This document shows positions 1 to 12,328 of a DNA stretch of 64,000 nt, one piece after another. The stretch is from positions 134,602,001 through 134,666,000 of the forward strand of contig NC_042997.1 in the NCBI RefSeq assembly GCF_006345805.1. The letters run 5' to 3'. The DNA is from Octopus sinensis (taxonomy: Eukaryota). The notes below the pieces were generated by a model, which was not told the DNA's origin, ran no database searches, and was given only the letters and a program-made list of their open reading frames with translations. The position numbers were made by a program, and so were the translations under genes. Numbering within the stretch: position 1 is the stretch's first letter; each line of letters begins with the position of its first letter.

Positions 1-244
1 AATCCAATTTATGGATTTGTGAGTGTTTGTATGAGAAAGCTCACCGTTTTCTCATTCCCGTCACAATTTTGTTTTCGCATGCTATCGTCTACTTCTTTAG
101 AAATTTTACGCAGCCGCGTATCTTCTTACGTACGCACAAGTACATTAGTATGTATGTATGTATGTATGTATGTATGTATGTATGTATGTATGTATGTATG
201 TTGTATGTATGTGTGTGTGTGTGTTTTATATGAACGTATGTGTA

Positions 245-404
245 TTACTCTTTTACATGTTTCAGTAATTTGACTGCGGCCATGCTGGAGCACTGCCTTT
301 AGTCGAGCAAATCGCTAAGTTACGGGGACGCAAACACACCACCATCTGTTGTCAAGCGATGCTGGGGGACAAACACAGACACACAAACATACACACACAC
401 ACAC

Positions 405-458
<54 letters not shown>

Positions 459-630
459 CATATATACGACAGACTTCCTTCAGTTTCCGTCTACCAAATC
501 CACTCACAAGGCTTTGGTCCGCCCAAGGCTATAGTAGAAGACACTTGCCCAAGGTGCCACGCAGTGGGAATGAACCTGGAACAATGTGGTTGGTAAGCAA
601 GCTACTTACCACACAGCAACTCCTACGCCT
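245..630 (-). mobile_element. tRNA-derived SINE, family A (commonest SINE here)
   Basis: The minus strand has a tRNA-like head (GTAGGAGTTGCTGTGTGGTAAG...GGTTCATTCCC), a central CA/TA microsatellite and a 3' tail GCAGTGCTCCAGCATGGCCGCAGTCAAATTACTGAAACATGTAAAAGAG. Related copies recur across the window. Confidence 0.85.
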
Positions 631-876
631 GTATTGGTTTGAATATGTATATAAGTATATCTAAATATGCATATCTATATCTATGTGCGCGCGCGTATAT
701 AAATAAATAAACAAATTTAATTAAATGTATGTGTACATGCATGTAAACATGAATACATACATATTTACATGCATAGATATATAAATGCTTGTATTCATGT
801 ATAAAGAGCAAGAGAAGGGGGAGAGTAAGAGGATAAGTGTTGCATGAACGGGTGTGTGTTTGTATGTAAATACTGT

Positions 877-1257
877 GGGGGCGCAATAGTTCAGAGGTTA
901 GGGCAGGGGACTCGCGGTTGTAGCATCGCAGTTTCGATTCCCAGACTGGGCGTTGAGTGTTTACTGAGCGAAAACACCTAAAACTCCACGAGGCTCCGGC
1001 AGGGGGTAGGGTGGCGAACCCTGCTGTACTTTTTTTCACCGCAAGTTTCTCTCACTCTTTCTTCCTGTTTCTGTTGTACCTGCATTTCAAAGGGCTAGCC
1101 TTGTCATATTCTGTGCCAGGCTGGCTCTCCCCGAGAAATACGTTAAGGGTACACGTGTCTGTGGAGCGCTCAGCCACTTGCACGTTTATGTCAAGAGCAG
1201 CATGTTCCGTTCATCGGATCAACTGGAACCCTCGCCGTCGTAACCGACGAAATGCCA
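877..1257 (+). mobile_element. tRNA-derived SINE, family B
   Basis: A-box/B-box-like head GGGGGCGCAATAGTTCAGAGGTTAGGGCAG...GTTTCGATTCCC. The head and body are homologous to the element at 50572-50856. Confidence 0.75.
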
Positions 1258-1876
1258 TGATGTTAATACTGAAGTGTATATGTGAGAAGTGATCCGATAT
1301 TGCTTATTGTATATTTAAATATTTTAATAAACTGATACTTATTGTATATTTAAATAAATAGAGCGTGACTGATACGAATACACACTAGGTATTATTGAGG
1401 TATTATATGTGTATGAGAGAGAAAGTGGAGAAATATTCAATAAAAATATGAGATAGACAGACAGATTTACTGCCTGCTATACACCTACATATATTCGTAC
1501 ATATATTGTGAGAAAAAGAGAAAGAGAGAGAGAGAGAGCGACAGGTATACAAAGAAAGAGAATGACGGAAAAACCGATATTGAGAATGTGGTAGTTGTTT
1601 ATGTGAGCTCTCTCCGAGTTTCATTTGTTCAAATACATGAGTACACTGTTCGATGTGTCGTTCCATTCATAAGTAAAGCGTATATAGTGTCATTTGAGTG
1701 AGATGTGACTGGTATTTCTTGCAAATGACATTCAACGTAATATGCTTCCTTGTCGGCTCCATAATAGTTTAGCAGTAATTGCAACAAGCTGGTGTATGAA
1801 CTTCCTTTGTATAATCATATAAAGTAGTTTGACATGCTGTATCATACATATATGTATATAAATACATACTGACATG

Positions 1877-1929
<53 letters not shown>

Positions 1930-1999
1930 TACATAGGGAGAGACAGAGGAAGAAAGAGAGTGTGGTGTATGTATGAGTATTTATATGTTTATTTATAAC

Positions 2000-2029
<30 letters not shown>

Positions 2030-2031
<2 letters not shown>

Positions 2032-2990
2032 ACTTTGATAACTTTTGGCCAGTATAGGCCCAGGCCATGTCTAATTTAATAGCACCACATGGTGAAGTCT
2101 TTTAGCTATATATGGGGAACCATGGCCCACTCTAGGAAAGAGTTATTATTGTTGGAGACATGTCCAGGTGAAGGAGGTTGTGCTGGATATTTTGAAGAAA
2201 TTTGTTCAGAGAACTTTTGAATTTTATGGGATCTGTTTCTGTTTTGGTATGATATTAAAGAGAGCCGGTTGAGGTAAAGTAGGATGTCTCCTGAGTTCGA
2301 TTTTTGTACTGGGCGGATAGCATGGGGGCCAAGTTTTGGGTGGATTTTAAAATTGATGCCAATATCATTTATGCAATATTGATGTAATATTTTCCACATC
2401 ACATAAATGATATACAACTCCCGGCGGCGTTGGAGAGAGTAGAGATCGAGTTTTCTTTAGTTGATCCCAATAGTCAATGCTTGTCATGCCGTCTATCTTT
2501 CTTGTTATTGACCTCTGGAGTGCTTCCACTTTCATAATGATTTGCTTCATGTGGGTAGACCACAGTGGGCAAGAGTATGCAAGGTGGGGTCGGGCAAAAG
2601 TAGATTAGAAAATGATGATGGTGTGGGCATCTCTAGACCGGAAATTTTTCAGAATCTAGGTTCACATCAACCTTGCTGTTTACATGGGTACTCCAGCTTA
2701 GATTGTTATCAACAATTATTCCAAGGTCTCTGGTGTTGTTGGATGATACTAGGGAGTCGCCCGCTGAAAGGGCATATGGTAGTAGTTTCAGAGTATCCTC
2801 TTTTCCATTGTGGATCAACTTAAACTTATCTCCATTTAGAAGGACATTGTTCCTTTCCGCCCATTGGACAACAAAAAACAGACTCAAAATATGTTCGGTC
2901 TCACATACATTTTATGGCCTTCTGGAGTTTGGAATCATCTGCAAAGATTTTCAATGTAGAATGTTTGATGACATCTACTAAGTTATAGAG
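2030..2990 (-). mobile_element. 5'-truncated, degraded CR1/L2/Jockey-group LINE (RT C-terminus)
   Basis: The minus strand reads DVIKHSTLKIFADDSKLQK (RT catalytic motif, ~2915-2975), QWAERNNVLLNGDKFKLIH, RDLGIIVDNNLSWSTHV, VEALQRSITRKI and NNNNSFLEW, with frameshifts. Confidence 0.85.
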
Positions 2991-3199
2991 CAGTATATAA
3001 TATAAATAAAGTTAGATAAGGCCAGTTTATAGGATTACGCTTGGCTTCACATCCATAAGGCGTTTAACTTTAAAGCGTATTCTTAGATCCCCAAATCTCT
3101 GGTCTTAAGGACTCTCTAGCGAGTGGCCTCTCAAGAAGATGGAGGAAGAAAGGACCTCGCTACTCAATGTCAACAACAGGAGATTGTCTCCCTTTGGCT

Positions 3200-5690
3200 A
3201 TCGATCGCAAGTGACCTTGTTATCTTTTGAGTTCAAATAGGCCATCAGGGATATCTTGAATTGCAAGCGCAGTCCAAAGACCTCGTTTATGTAGGGGCCT
3301 AAATTCACTAGGATTCTCTATGCTATTTTGTATGGAATTCCATCGTCATTCACCTGCCATACCTGGCTGGTTAGTGATGTAACATATCTCCTTACCGGTA
3401 TACTGAAGGAAGATCTGTTGCTGGAGAGGCGTTGTTTGAATGTGTTACCAGAGCAACCGATGTATCTCCGTGGTCGGGTGTTGGCGGTGCTGTATCTGTC
3501 GGTGTTGGCATTACTGCTACCGCTGTTGTTGGTACTGGCACTGTTCGTGTTGGCGTCATTGGAGGTGCAATGGTATTGGTGCCGTCACTACTGGTGTGGG
3601 TAATGGTTTTGTTGTTGTTATGGTCATCGGCGTTGACGGAGGCGCTGTCACTGCTGTTATAAATACCATTGGTAATGGCTCTGTTGCTATTTCCATTCGG
3701 GATACTGCCATTGCTGTCGTTGTTATTGTTGTTATCGCTGGGGATGGTGCTACTGCTGGTTCTGTTCATGTTTCTGCTGCTGCTACCTTTGGAACATTCG
3801 AGCCTGCTACAGTAGTAGTCGCTGGGGAAGCTGCTGATGTTGGTACTGCCGTTAGGGATACTGCCATTCGTCATTGATGTTGTTATATTTGTTATCGCTG
3901 GCGATGGTGTTGCTGCTGGTTCTGTCCGTGTCTCTATTGCTGCTACTATTAATATTGTTATTCCTGCTATTGTAATGGCTGTTGGGGGGGGGGCTGCTGA
4001 TGTTGCTGCTGCTATTAGGGTCGACCAGCCTCCCAGCTTCATAGACGATTTCCTTGGTTTTGCAGTTGCCTCTCACTGGGCAGCTGTTGTGGTTCCTGCA
4101 TGAGCTAGGGGGCACAGTTAAAAGAAACCCTAAGTTTGTGCCTGTTGAAATGCGTGCGTACCTAAGTGAACGTGTGAATATTCTACCCACAGACGTTTTT
4201 ACGTTAAGAAAGAAGGGAGGCGGAAAACCAAATGATATTTCTGCGACGCATCCTTCAGCGGATTTTGGGGCCTGGCATGTAAGTCTTGCGGTCCCTAAAT
4301 CCGCTGGCAGATGGAGCTTCGTTATAGTGGGGGAGGCGTTGCTACATCAAAAATCACCTGGCTGGAGGAAAGGCTCTTAATCCTCTTGATAACACCTTTT
4401 ACCAGATTTTTTAACACAATGGGTTGTTGACAGAAGGTTGTGTTGATGTACGTTAGCCTCTTATTTGGCTTGCGGTAGGGCCTGTATTTACCGAAGCCCA
4501 AGTCGAGCATGATGTCTAAGAAGTCCGCGGTGGTGAGACTGTTTTCGATGGTAATTTTCAGTACCATGGAGCTAAGTGTGCTAATTAGATATTTCCTAAG
4601 CTTGTTTAGAATGTGCCGGTTTGCTCCTCTAGAGATGGCCAGGGAGTCATCTCTGTAGAGACTAAAGAGGAAAGAGGGAAACTTTTTCTTTTGCATATCA
4701 AGGATATACAACCCCGTGAGACAACATACATCAGCGCTGTCGTAGGCCCCCATCACTACGTCAAAGAAGCCCGCGGGGTCGGATTCCTTGACCCAGGCTG
4801 AACCTTTATTGAACAGCACAGTTTTTTTTTGGCGTGCATAATGACATCTACATCCCTGTCGCTAACGCCCGTGTAGCCCCCAGCAAAGGAGAGCGCCTTG
4901 ATCGACGGGTAAAAATCAACTACGTCAAACTGCGTGAACTTCGCTCAGCCTTTCCTCTTGTTGGCATTAAAGCATGCAATCACCTCGTTGGTGGTTCTCA
5001 TGTCGTTATTGATGCTTCTCAATAGAAGCTTGCTCGCTAGACCGATCTCAGATTTAGTTGAATTAATTAGGCGGCATTTAGGGTTTGAGGCAAAGTTTAG
5101 TTTATGAACTTTGATGGTAATAAAGGCGTTCTTTTTAGCTAAGAACTCTACTCTATTAGCTAAATCTAAGTTGATGGCTAATTGTTTGGCCTCGCTGCTG
5201 GTGTTGTTGTATGTCTGTGGGGAAGCGCGCCTGTAATTGTGTAATACTGTTTTCTAGCAGCCTATCGTAACTAAGGGTGTCTCTCCTATATAGGCTTTTA
5301 GTCTTATCTGAAAAGATTAGGGACCTATCCGAGTTACTTTTAGCAATGTCAGCACGGAGCTTACATTGGAAGAAGTAGGAAGACTTACGGAATTGTATCT
5401 TAGGTATGATGCCCAGTAGGTCCGCTCGAGGTCCTTGATCTTGGGTGGGTATTTCCTAGATTTGATCCCATAGGTGTTGCTCTCTGGGAATGGCGTGGCT
5501 AGGTCGTGGTAGAAGGCTTTCCGTCTCATTCCCCTTATTACGTCCATCATTTTTTTCTAGCAGCATTCGAGTGTACACCTTATTAGATAGTGTAGGTATA
5601 ACACCCTCAGCAATATTCAATGACAGTTATAGTTCTCCTTGTTGGTACACATTTGCTTACTGTTGCCTAGCGATTCGCTAAATCATCCAT
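3200..5690 (-). mobile_element. Penelope-like element (RT plus C-terminal GIY-YIG), degraded
   Basis: RT motifs FDVVDFYPSI, FDVVMGAYDSADVC, LYRDD, FLDIMLDL and YRPYRKPN. Endonuclease motifs SCRNHNSCPVRGNCKTKEIVYEA, RYIGCSGNTFKQRLSSNRSSF and SQVWQVNDDGIPYKI. N-terminal RRKAFY...YGIKSRKYPPKIKDL. Confidence 0.9.
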
Positions 5691-5726
5691 AGATTTATAT
5701 GGTGTAGAGATATCTACTGAGAGTGA

Positions 5727-5777
5727 CCCCACTGAAGAGGCTACAGCATAAGCCGAAACTGACCGATCAGTCTGCGA
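5727..5777 (+). ncRNA. Minimal type I hammerhead ribozyme fold
   Basis: CUGAAGA core (5732-5738), stem II GGCU/AGCC, GAAA (5755-5758), stem III ACUGA-CCGA-UCAGU and a GUC cleavage triplet (5770-5772). Stem I is only ~2 bp. Confidence 0.7.
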
Positions 5778-5930
5778 ATATCTCGACAGATGCTTTTCGG
5801 GTGATTACGGTCTCTGTCAGTATGCATGTATACAATAATGTGCTTTGACTGCCGCATTAGAGCGTCTAGCTATTATTTCTAGCAATGTAGGTGTTTATAA
5901 CACCCCCAGTCATATTTAATGACGGTTATG

Positions 5931-6012
<82 letters not shown>

Positions 6013-6016
6013 GTAT

Positions 6017-6200
6017 ACTAGCATTAAAGACCCGTCGTTGCCGGGTCATAGTGCTAGTGCATGTATATATGTGTATATATATGTGTACATATTACATGTA
6101 CATTTATATATACACATCTACACATAAAATGCAAAATACAAAGTTATATCTTGATATCGCTAGTGATAACAATACTCAAAATATATAACAGACTGGAATT
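6017..6200 (+). mobile_element. Repeat module starting with a hairpin; inverted copy at ~41078-41251, where it forms the 3' end of a Penelope-like element
   Basis: ACTAGCATTAAAGACCC-GTCGTTGCC-GGGTCATAGTGCTAGT followed by ~140 bp that closely match the reverse complement of 41078-41210. Confidence 0.7.
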
Positions 6201-6489
6201 GTTAGCTCTTCTTTTTTCTCTACATTGTATACTTTATAGACAATAGTCTTTTCTTTAATTTAATTTTTTATTATCCATCTGGACTATTCCATTTCTGCAC
6301 GCTAATTATATTTTTAATTTATTCCCATTCATGTGAAACCACTTATTCAAGTTCAAATTATTGGTGCAATTTTATACCAATTGCTATTTTTACTTTTGTA
6401 TGTTACGATTATATTATACTTTAGTTTGATTTTAATTATTACTTACTACATATAATTCAGTGGTTATTATTATTTTTATTGTTAAAGTG

Positions 6490-6740
6490 AAAGCATCTGA
6501 CATAAAATAGAGAAATATTTTTGTTTCACTTTTAACACGTAATACTGAAATAGTGGAGAAGATATGATATTGCCATGAGCTCGCTCTAGGCAAAAAGTTG
6601 AACATCTTTTTTGCGCATAAAACTACATGGACCCTAAGTAAGGCATGTGTAAAATTTGAATGAAATTGGTTGTGTAGTTCTCAACTTTTAGGAAAACAGA
6701 CAGACAGACAGACAGACACACATTCTCAGTTTTATATATA
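6490..6740 (+). mobile_element. Possible Helentron-associated (HINE/DINE-like) non-autonomous fragment
   Basis: AAATTTGAATGAAATTGGTTGTGTAGTT followed by (GACA)n and ACATTCTCAGTTTTATATATA, a layout typical of HINE 3' ends. Judged by resemblance only. Confidence 0.35.
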
Positions 6741-6877
6741 CTCTTTTACTCTTTTACTTGTTTCAGTCATTTGACTGCGGCCATGCTGGAGCACCGCCTT
6801 GAATCGAGCAACTCGACCCCGGGACTTATTCTTTCATAAGCCCAGTACTTATTCTATCGGTCTCTTTTGCCGAACCG
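6741..6877 (-). mobile_element. SINE family A, 3' half
   Basis: Near-consensus tail AAGGCGGTGCTCCAGCATGGCCGCAGTCAAATGACTGAAACAAGTAAAAGAG on the minus strand. Confidence 0.85.
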
Positions 6878-6885
6878 CACACACA

Positions 6886-6933
<48 letters not shown>

Positions 6934-7188
6934 TAGAAGAAATGAGGTACTCAGAAATTCGGATGGTTTTATATTTACAGATATTTATTTGTATATTACA
7001 TGATTTTATACATCATATAACTTAGATCATGTATTAGCGCTTTCTTCCATTCTAGTGGGGTTTTCAAATCGAACTAAGTTCCTGTGTGAAAAGTTTTGAC
7101 GATTTCATAGTGTTATTGAGTATGTAGTGGCAGGGAGGGACATAAGAAGGTAGACCATAAATTATATTTCCTTTTTATCATTGTGAGT

Positions 7189-7228
<40 letters not shown>

Positions 7229-7649
7229 GTGCGTGTGTGTGTGTGTCTGTGAGTTTGGAGAAGGGAAGAAAGGAGAAGAAAAAAAGAAACAAAAAGAAAC
7301 AAAAAGGAAGAAGAAATAATTGTGTTGATATTTATACCACTATATATATATATATACTAAATGCTACACTCTTAAATTGTAAATTGAAAGATTTGTCCTT
7401 CAATGTATGATGAGCAAAATTTCATAAGGTCCACGCTTGAAAAAGAGACTTTCTTGTGTTGAAGTTACAGATGACAGAATACAAACTGACAACTACTGAG
7501 TCTGTTGTCTGATCTTCAATTGATTTTGTCTAATATCTCACTGATTGACAGTTAAATAAATATTAAGTTTTATCATACAGGAGCAACTGGTTCCACAAAT
7601 TAAAATGAAATGGTTTCATTCAAATATTAGAATATCCTTTGTTCAATGA

Positions 7650-7815
7650 TCCCTGCTGTACTCTTTCACCATTCTTTTTCCCACTCTTTCTTCTGTTGGC
7701 CTGCTCGCTTAGCCAGCGGGGTGGGGTCATTTGAAGGCTAAAACAATGCGAATGCATTATGACCAGCGATGTGTAACTACATTTGATGGACAGGTCGGTC
7801 ACGTGATCACGTGAT
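7650..7815 (+). mobile_element. SINE-like 3' module (family D)
   Basis: TTGGCCTGCTCGCTTAGCCAGCGGGGTGG...GGTCGGTCACGTGATCACGTGA. An inverted copy lies at 26072-26197. Confidence 0.6.
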
Positions 7816-7859
7816 ATATATATATATATGTATGTATATATATATGTGTAATTTTGTGT

Positions 7860-8024
7860 CGAATGTATCGACCCAAGTATTTATATTTTTATAAGCCTGT
7901 TGCTCATTCGATAGGTCTCTTTTGCTGACCCGCTAATTTACAGGGACATAAACACACCAGTACCAATTGTCAAACGCTGCTGGGGAGAGAAAAATAGACA
8001 GACAGACACACACGCATACACACA

Positions 8025-8120
<96 letters not shown>

Positions 8121-8250
8121 CGGGCTTCTTTCAGTTTCCGGCTCCCACAATTCACTCACAATGATTTGGTCAGCCCGAGTCTATACTGGAAGGCATTCGT
8201 CTGAGGTGCCACGCAGTGGGACTGAATCCGGAACCATGTGTTTGAGAAGT
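7860..8250 (-). mobile_element. SINE family A, diverged
   Basis: Same head (GGTTCCGGATTCAGTCCCACTGCGTGGCACC), central microsatellite and body as 245-630. Confidence 0.75.
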
Positions 8251-8290
8251 ACATTTTTTTAATGCATTTTATTTGTTTCAGTCATCGGAC

Positions 8291-8344
8291 TTTTGTCATG
8301 ATATACAGTTTTGCCATGATATACAGTTTTGCCATGATATACAG
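8291..8344 (+). repeat. 18-bp tandem repeat, three copies
   Basis: TTTTG(T/C)CATGATATACAG occurs three times contiguously. Confidence 0.9.
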
Positions 8345-8702
8345 TGTTCACAGTACATTGAGCAACAGTCGTGACGTTTCTCTTAGAAGAATTGCTTTTG
8401 TCAAACTTTGAAACCATTACATAGCCGATAAACTTAGGAAGTGGTGCTTATATGCATGATTACATATTTTATGATTTAGCTTGATATTTTCACCAACTAA
8501 CAAAAGATTGAAGCTAAACAAAGTTTCATATTGTGTATTTGAGAGGATTGATAAAGTTCATTAGTTAGTTATCATTAGTCGGTTTCATGCAACTTTTTGC
8601 AATAAGCAAATCAGTTATATGAATGCTACCCAAATTTGAGACCATTATTATGAGTCCTATTGAGATGGTGTGCTGACAGAATCGTTAGCGCGTTGGACAG
8701 AA

Positions 8703-9345
8703 AAGGTCATGGCCTCAGATTTTAGGAATGCAAAAGGCATTATATACATTCACTTTCGACCTCACCGATTACACGTAAGTTCACCAAAATCAAGCCATCG
8801 CAGGAGAGTTCACCGCCATCGAGGAGAAAGCCTATGTTGCTTTTGTTACGCGAATTCAAAAGTTACAATGAAACTAATTGAACCCGTGACTACTTGCGTA
8901 CTTGATTAAACCCATTTAATTTTTGAATAAATACATAGTAAGGTTTTTAAAATTTTTTATGTGAAGTTTGGTATCTGTTGATAAAACACGTGAGTTCGAA
9001 AATGCGGTTTATATTCTTTCACTGTGAACGTATCTCTCCGTAATCTTTCCTTGTAGTAAATTTTCCTCGCAGTGAACATTCCTTACGACGAAATTTCCAT
9101 GCATTGTATTGATGATGGTGAAGTTACCGGACATGGGCCTTATCACCATCAATGGAGAGTTCTATGCCAACTTGTTGAAGCAGTTACGAAAGGCTGTCAA
9201 GACCAAATATCTAGGAAAACTGAAGGACAGTGCTTCAGCACACTAGTGTTTGACCTCAAAGCCTGCAGTTCATGATTGTGGCTTTCAGCTGGTTGATCAT
9301 CCTGCCTATTGTCCTAATTTGGCCCTGTCTGACAACCATCTTTTC
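8703..9345 (+). mobile_element. Mariner transposase fragments (catalytic domain), split by an insertion
   Basis: KVMASDFRNAKGIIYIH (8703-8753), then TINGEFYANLLKQLRKAVKTK and GFQLVDHPAYCPNLALSD (9145-9345). Confidence 0.65.
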
Positions 9346-9489
9346 AAAGTATGCCTACTGATATCAGTAAAACGATGAGGCAATAAAATACACAAATGCA
9401 CACGCTCTCACGTGTGCATTCACCCGTTATACATACATATACACATACATGCATATATATATATATATATATATTCCTTTTTAAAATTT

Positions 9490-9868
9490 TTTTACTTGTT
9501 TCAATCATTTCACTGCGGCTATGCTGGAGCACCACCTTTTTAGTCGGGCAAATCGATCCCAGGACTTATCCTTTGTAAGCCTAGTACTTATTCTATCGGT
9601 CTGTTTTGGTGAACCGCTAAGTTACGGGAACGTAAACACAGCAGCATCGGTTATCAAGCGATTTGGGGGGGGGGTGCAAATACAGTCACACACACACATA
9701 CACACACGCACAAACACACACACACATATATATATATATATACAACAGGCTTCGTTCAGTTTCCGTCTAACAAATCCACTCACAAGGCTTTGGTCGACCC
9801 GAGGCTATAGCAGAAGTTACTTGCCACGCAGTGGGACTGAACCTGGAACCATGTGGTTTCCTGCGCCT
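9490..9868 (-). mobile_element. SINE family A
   Basis: Head, central CA/TA tract and tail as in the other copies. Confidence 0.8.
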
Positions 9869-9875
9869 ATATATA

Positions 9876-9942
<67 letters not shown>

Positions 9943-10011
9943 TATAATATATATATTATATATATATATATATATATGTATATGTATATGTATATATATA
10001 TATATAGTATA

Positions 10012-10052
<41 letters not shown>

Positions 10053-10066
10053 TGCGATTTTTGTCA

Positions 10067-10215
10067 TGAACAGGAAGTTGCAACAAAGAGCCAACGGGAA
10101 ATTTTGCGTTAATCCTAGGACATCTGCTACAGAGACATTGAGCATGCATCAACAAGTTTACGGCAACGAGGTTATAGGTCGTACGCAATGTCACATGCGC
10201 TTCAAAAACATATGA
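10067..10215 (+). mobile_element. Mariner transposase N-terminal HTH fragment
   Basis: MNRKLQQRANGKFCVN..TSATETLSMHQQVYGNEVIGRTQCHMRFK resembles the mariner N-terminus EQRANIKFC..GKSATET..MLQ..YG. Confidence 0.65.
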
Positions 10216-10672
10216 CAGAGCCGAAGTTTAACCAAAATCATGGTCGTCATTTATTCATTTATTTATTTTTATATCCATGGTATTGTACATCGAGAAGTAT
10301 ATTCATATTATCGATAAGTTTACCCTTTCAGGCTTTGACCTGCTAGAATCGTTAGCACGCCAGCCGAAGTGTTTACCGGCATTTTGTCTCTCTTTACATT
10401 CTAAGTTCGATAATAAATTTCTGTTTCTACTGTTTTAAGAGACTAACTTTATCACCCTTACATAGATCAGTACCAGTTACCCCCTAGTATGTTCACATGG
10501 CATTATCATCCTGTTTATATGAGATCTAACCTTTTATATTTTTATATTTTAGATGATAAATCGCCATGTTATATGAATTTAATATTATCTGTACTTTAAG
10601 TAACTTAATCCACAGTATAAGCTTTCATTTAATTTTTACGATAATGTATATTTATTAATATGTTTGGAAGTA

Positions 10673-11220
10673 GTAGGTTGTCCGGAAAGTTCGTGCTGAT
10701 TTTTAAAGGAAAGAAAAAGGTCAATAAATACTTGTCATTACATTTTTAATCAACCAGATATGAACCATTTTGTTGCACAATGCTTCTCCATCTTTCCTGT
10801 AACTTGAAAATACCCTATTCCCAGAACTGAGGTGGTTTCATGGCAAAGAATTCATCAAGGTATCTTTTTACGTCATCCAAGGAATTGAAATTCTCCAGAG
10901 ACCTGAATAAGTGGAAATCTGAAGGAGCAATATCTGGTGAATATGGAGTATGGGGTAACACATCGCAGCCGAGCTGCAGCAATTTTTGTCTAGTTCCCAA
11001 AGGATCAGGTGCCGAAAATGAACTTTCTTATCATCCATTTTAAAGGGTTACAGAATTGACACAGGTAAAAGGAACATAAATCTTCTTCCTCAAAAAGATA
11101 GCTTAAAGTGTGCTCTAAATGGAGGTGTAGTCAAATGCTATTTTATGGTCTCAACCATGTTCTAAAATAAGTCGAAAGGTACGCTACTATAAATCGGCAC
11201 GAACTTTCTGGACAACCCAA
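10673..11220 (-). mobile_element. Internally deleted mariner element with TIRs and TA target duplication
   Basis: TIRs of ~30 bp (GGTTGTCCGGAAAGTTCGTGCTGATTT / AAATCGGCACGAACTTTCTGGACAACC) flanked by TA. The interior encodes LPHTPYSPDIAPSDFHLFRSL, the mariner third-Asp motif. Confidence 0.85.
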
Positions 11221-11497
11221 TATTAAATTAGAAACAATATATTTGAAACTTATTCATTGTTTTGATTTATTGATAATAGCATAATGTAAAGTGTATTGCA
11301 TTGTATCATACTTTCGTTTCTAGTTACTTCACAACAATTATTCTTTGAAGTAAATGATTGCTGTGTATGGACAAATATTCACTTGTTATTCAACGATTTA
11401 TTTTGCGACTTACGATTTACGTCAGAGATACCACAAAATAGAGAGCACAGACACCACAAAGAGAATGAACATAAATATTTTTACGAGTTATAAGGAA

Positions 11498-11770
11498 GGG
11501 ATTTTCTTAATATTTCAAATATCTATGCATATCACATCCATAGCCACACTACTACTTCCACAGCGGCCACCCCCGTAGCTACGGATCAATAGGTAAATAC
11601 AAATAGATTGACATATGATAACTACTTGAAAGGAGAAGTATATAAAAAGCACGGCGGAATTACCACCTTACCGCTGACTTTTAGCCACTTCCGTCCGGTT
11701 CATTTACACATTATATTGCTGATTTCAACACAGTGTATATAAGTATGCATTAAGCAAGTATTCTCACTAC
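11498..11770 (+). promoter_or_regulatory. Candidate core promoter of the IL-17-like gene
   Basis: TATATAAG at 11736-11743 with an Inr-like TCACT whose A (11766) is 30 nt after the first T. Also a kB-like GGGATTTTCT (11498-11507), an ETS-like CACTTCCG (~11686) and a second TATA-like element near 11638. Confidence 0.45.
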
Positions 11771-11867
11771 AAATGTATATCAGCGTGAGAAGCGAAGACT
11801 TTCAGGTTTCGTATGCAAAATATCTACTATCGTCTATGTTTGCATTGCGATGACAAGCGGAAGTAAG

Positions 11868-11879
11868 ATGCTGTATAAA
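11868..11879 (+). CDS. Predicted first coding exon of the IL-17-like gene (MLYK); an in-frame upstream ATG at 11850 is an alternative start
   Basis: ATG CTG TAT AAA followed by a perfect GTAAGT donor (11880), phase 0. This matches the phase-0 acceptor TTTTCTGTCACACAG|GTT at 19950/19951, and the joined sequence gives a signal-peptide-like N-terminus. Confidence 0.55.
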
Positions 11880-12084
11880 GTAAGTAGAACTTATATTATC
11901 TGATTTATTTCCGTATGCAGTTATACTTCCATCAATATTCATATACGTATACATCTACGGGCTCACACACACAAACACACACAACGCACAAATGCGCACA
12001 CACACAAACACACACACACATATTGCTACTTCGGAGTATTCTATATTTCTAATATTTATATTAATTTATGTTTTTCTACAAACG

Positions 12085-12170
<86 letters not shown>

Positions 12171-12189
12171 ATGTATGTATGTATCTATG

Positions 12190-12221
<32 letters not shown>

Positions 12222-12252
12222 ATATGTGTATATATACATATATATATGTATG

Positions 12253-12323
<71 letters not shown>

Positions 12324-12328
<5 letters not shown>

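Noticed and set aside
19-664. Many ORFs rich in YIYI, HTHT, CVCV, MYVC, FLSF or IYLS (here and at ~12.1, 15.0, 22.4, 36.1, 44.1, 46.6, 55.0 and 62.0 kb)
   Set aside because: These are translations of (TA)n, (CA)n, (TATG)n, (CTTT)n and (CTAT)n microsatellites, not genes.
3392-4042. 216-aa Ser/Thr/Asn/Pro-rich ORF resembling a mucin
   Set aside because: It lies entirely within the insert splitting a Penelope nuclease domain and has no signal peptide or gene context.
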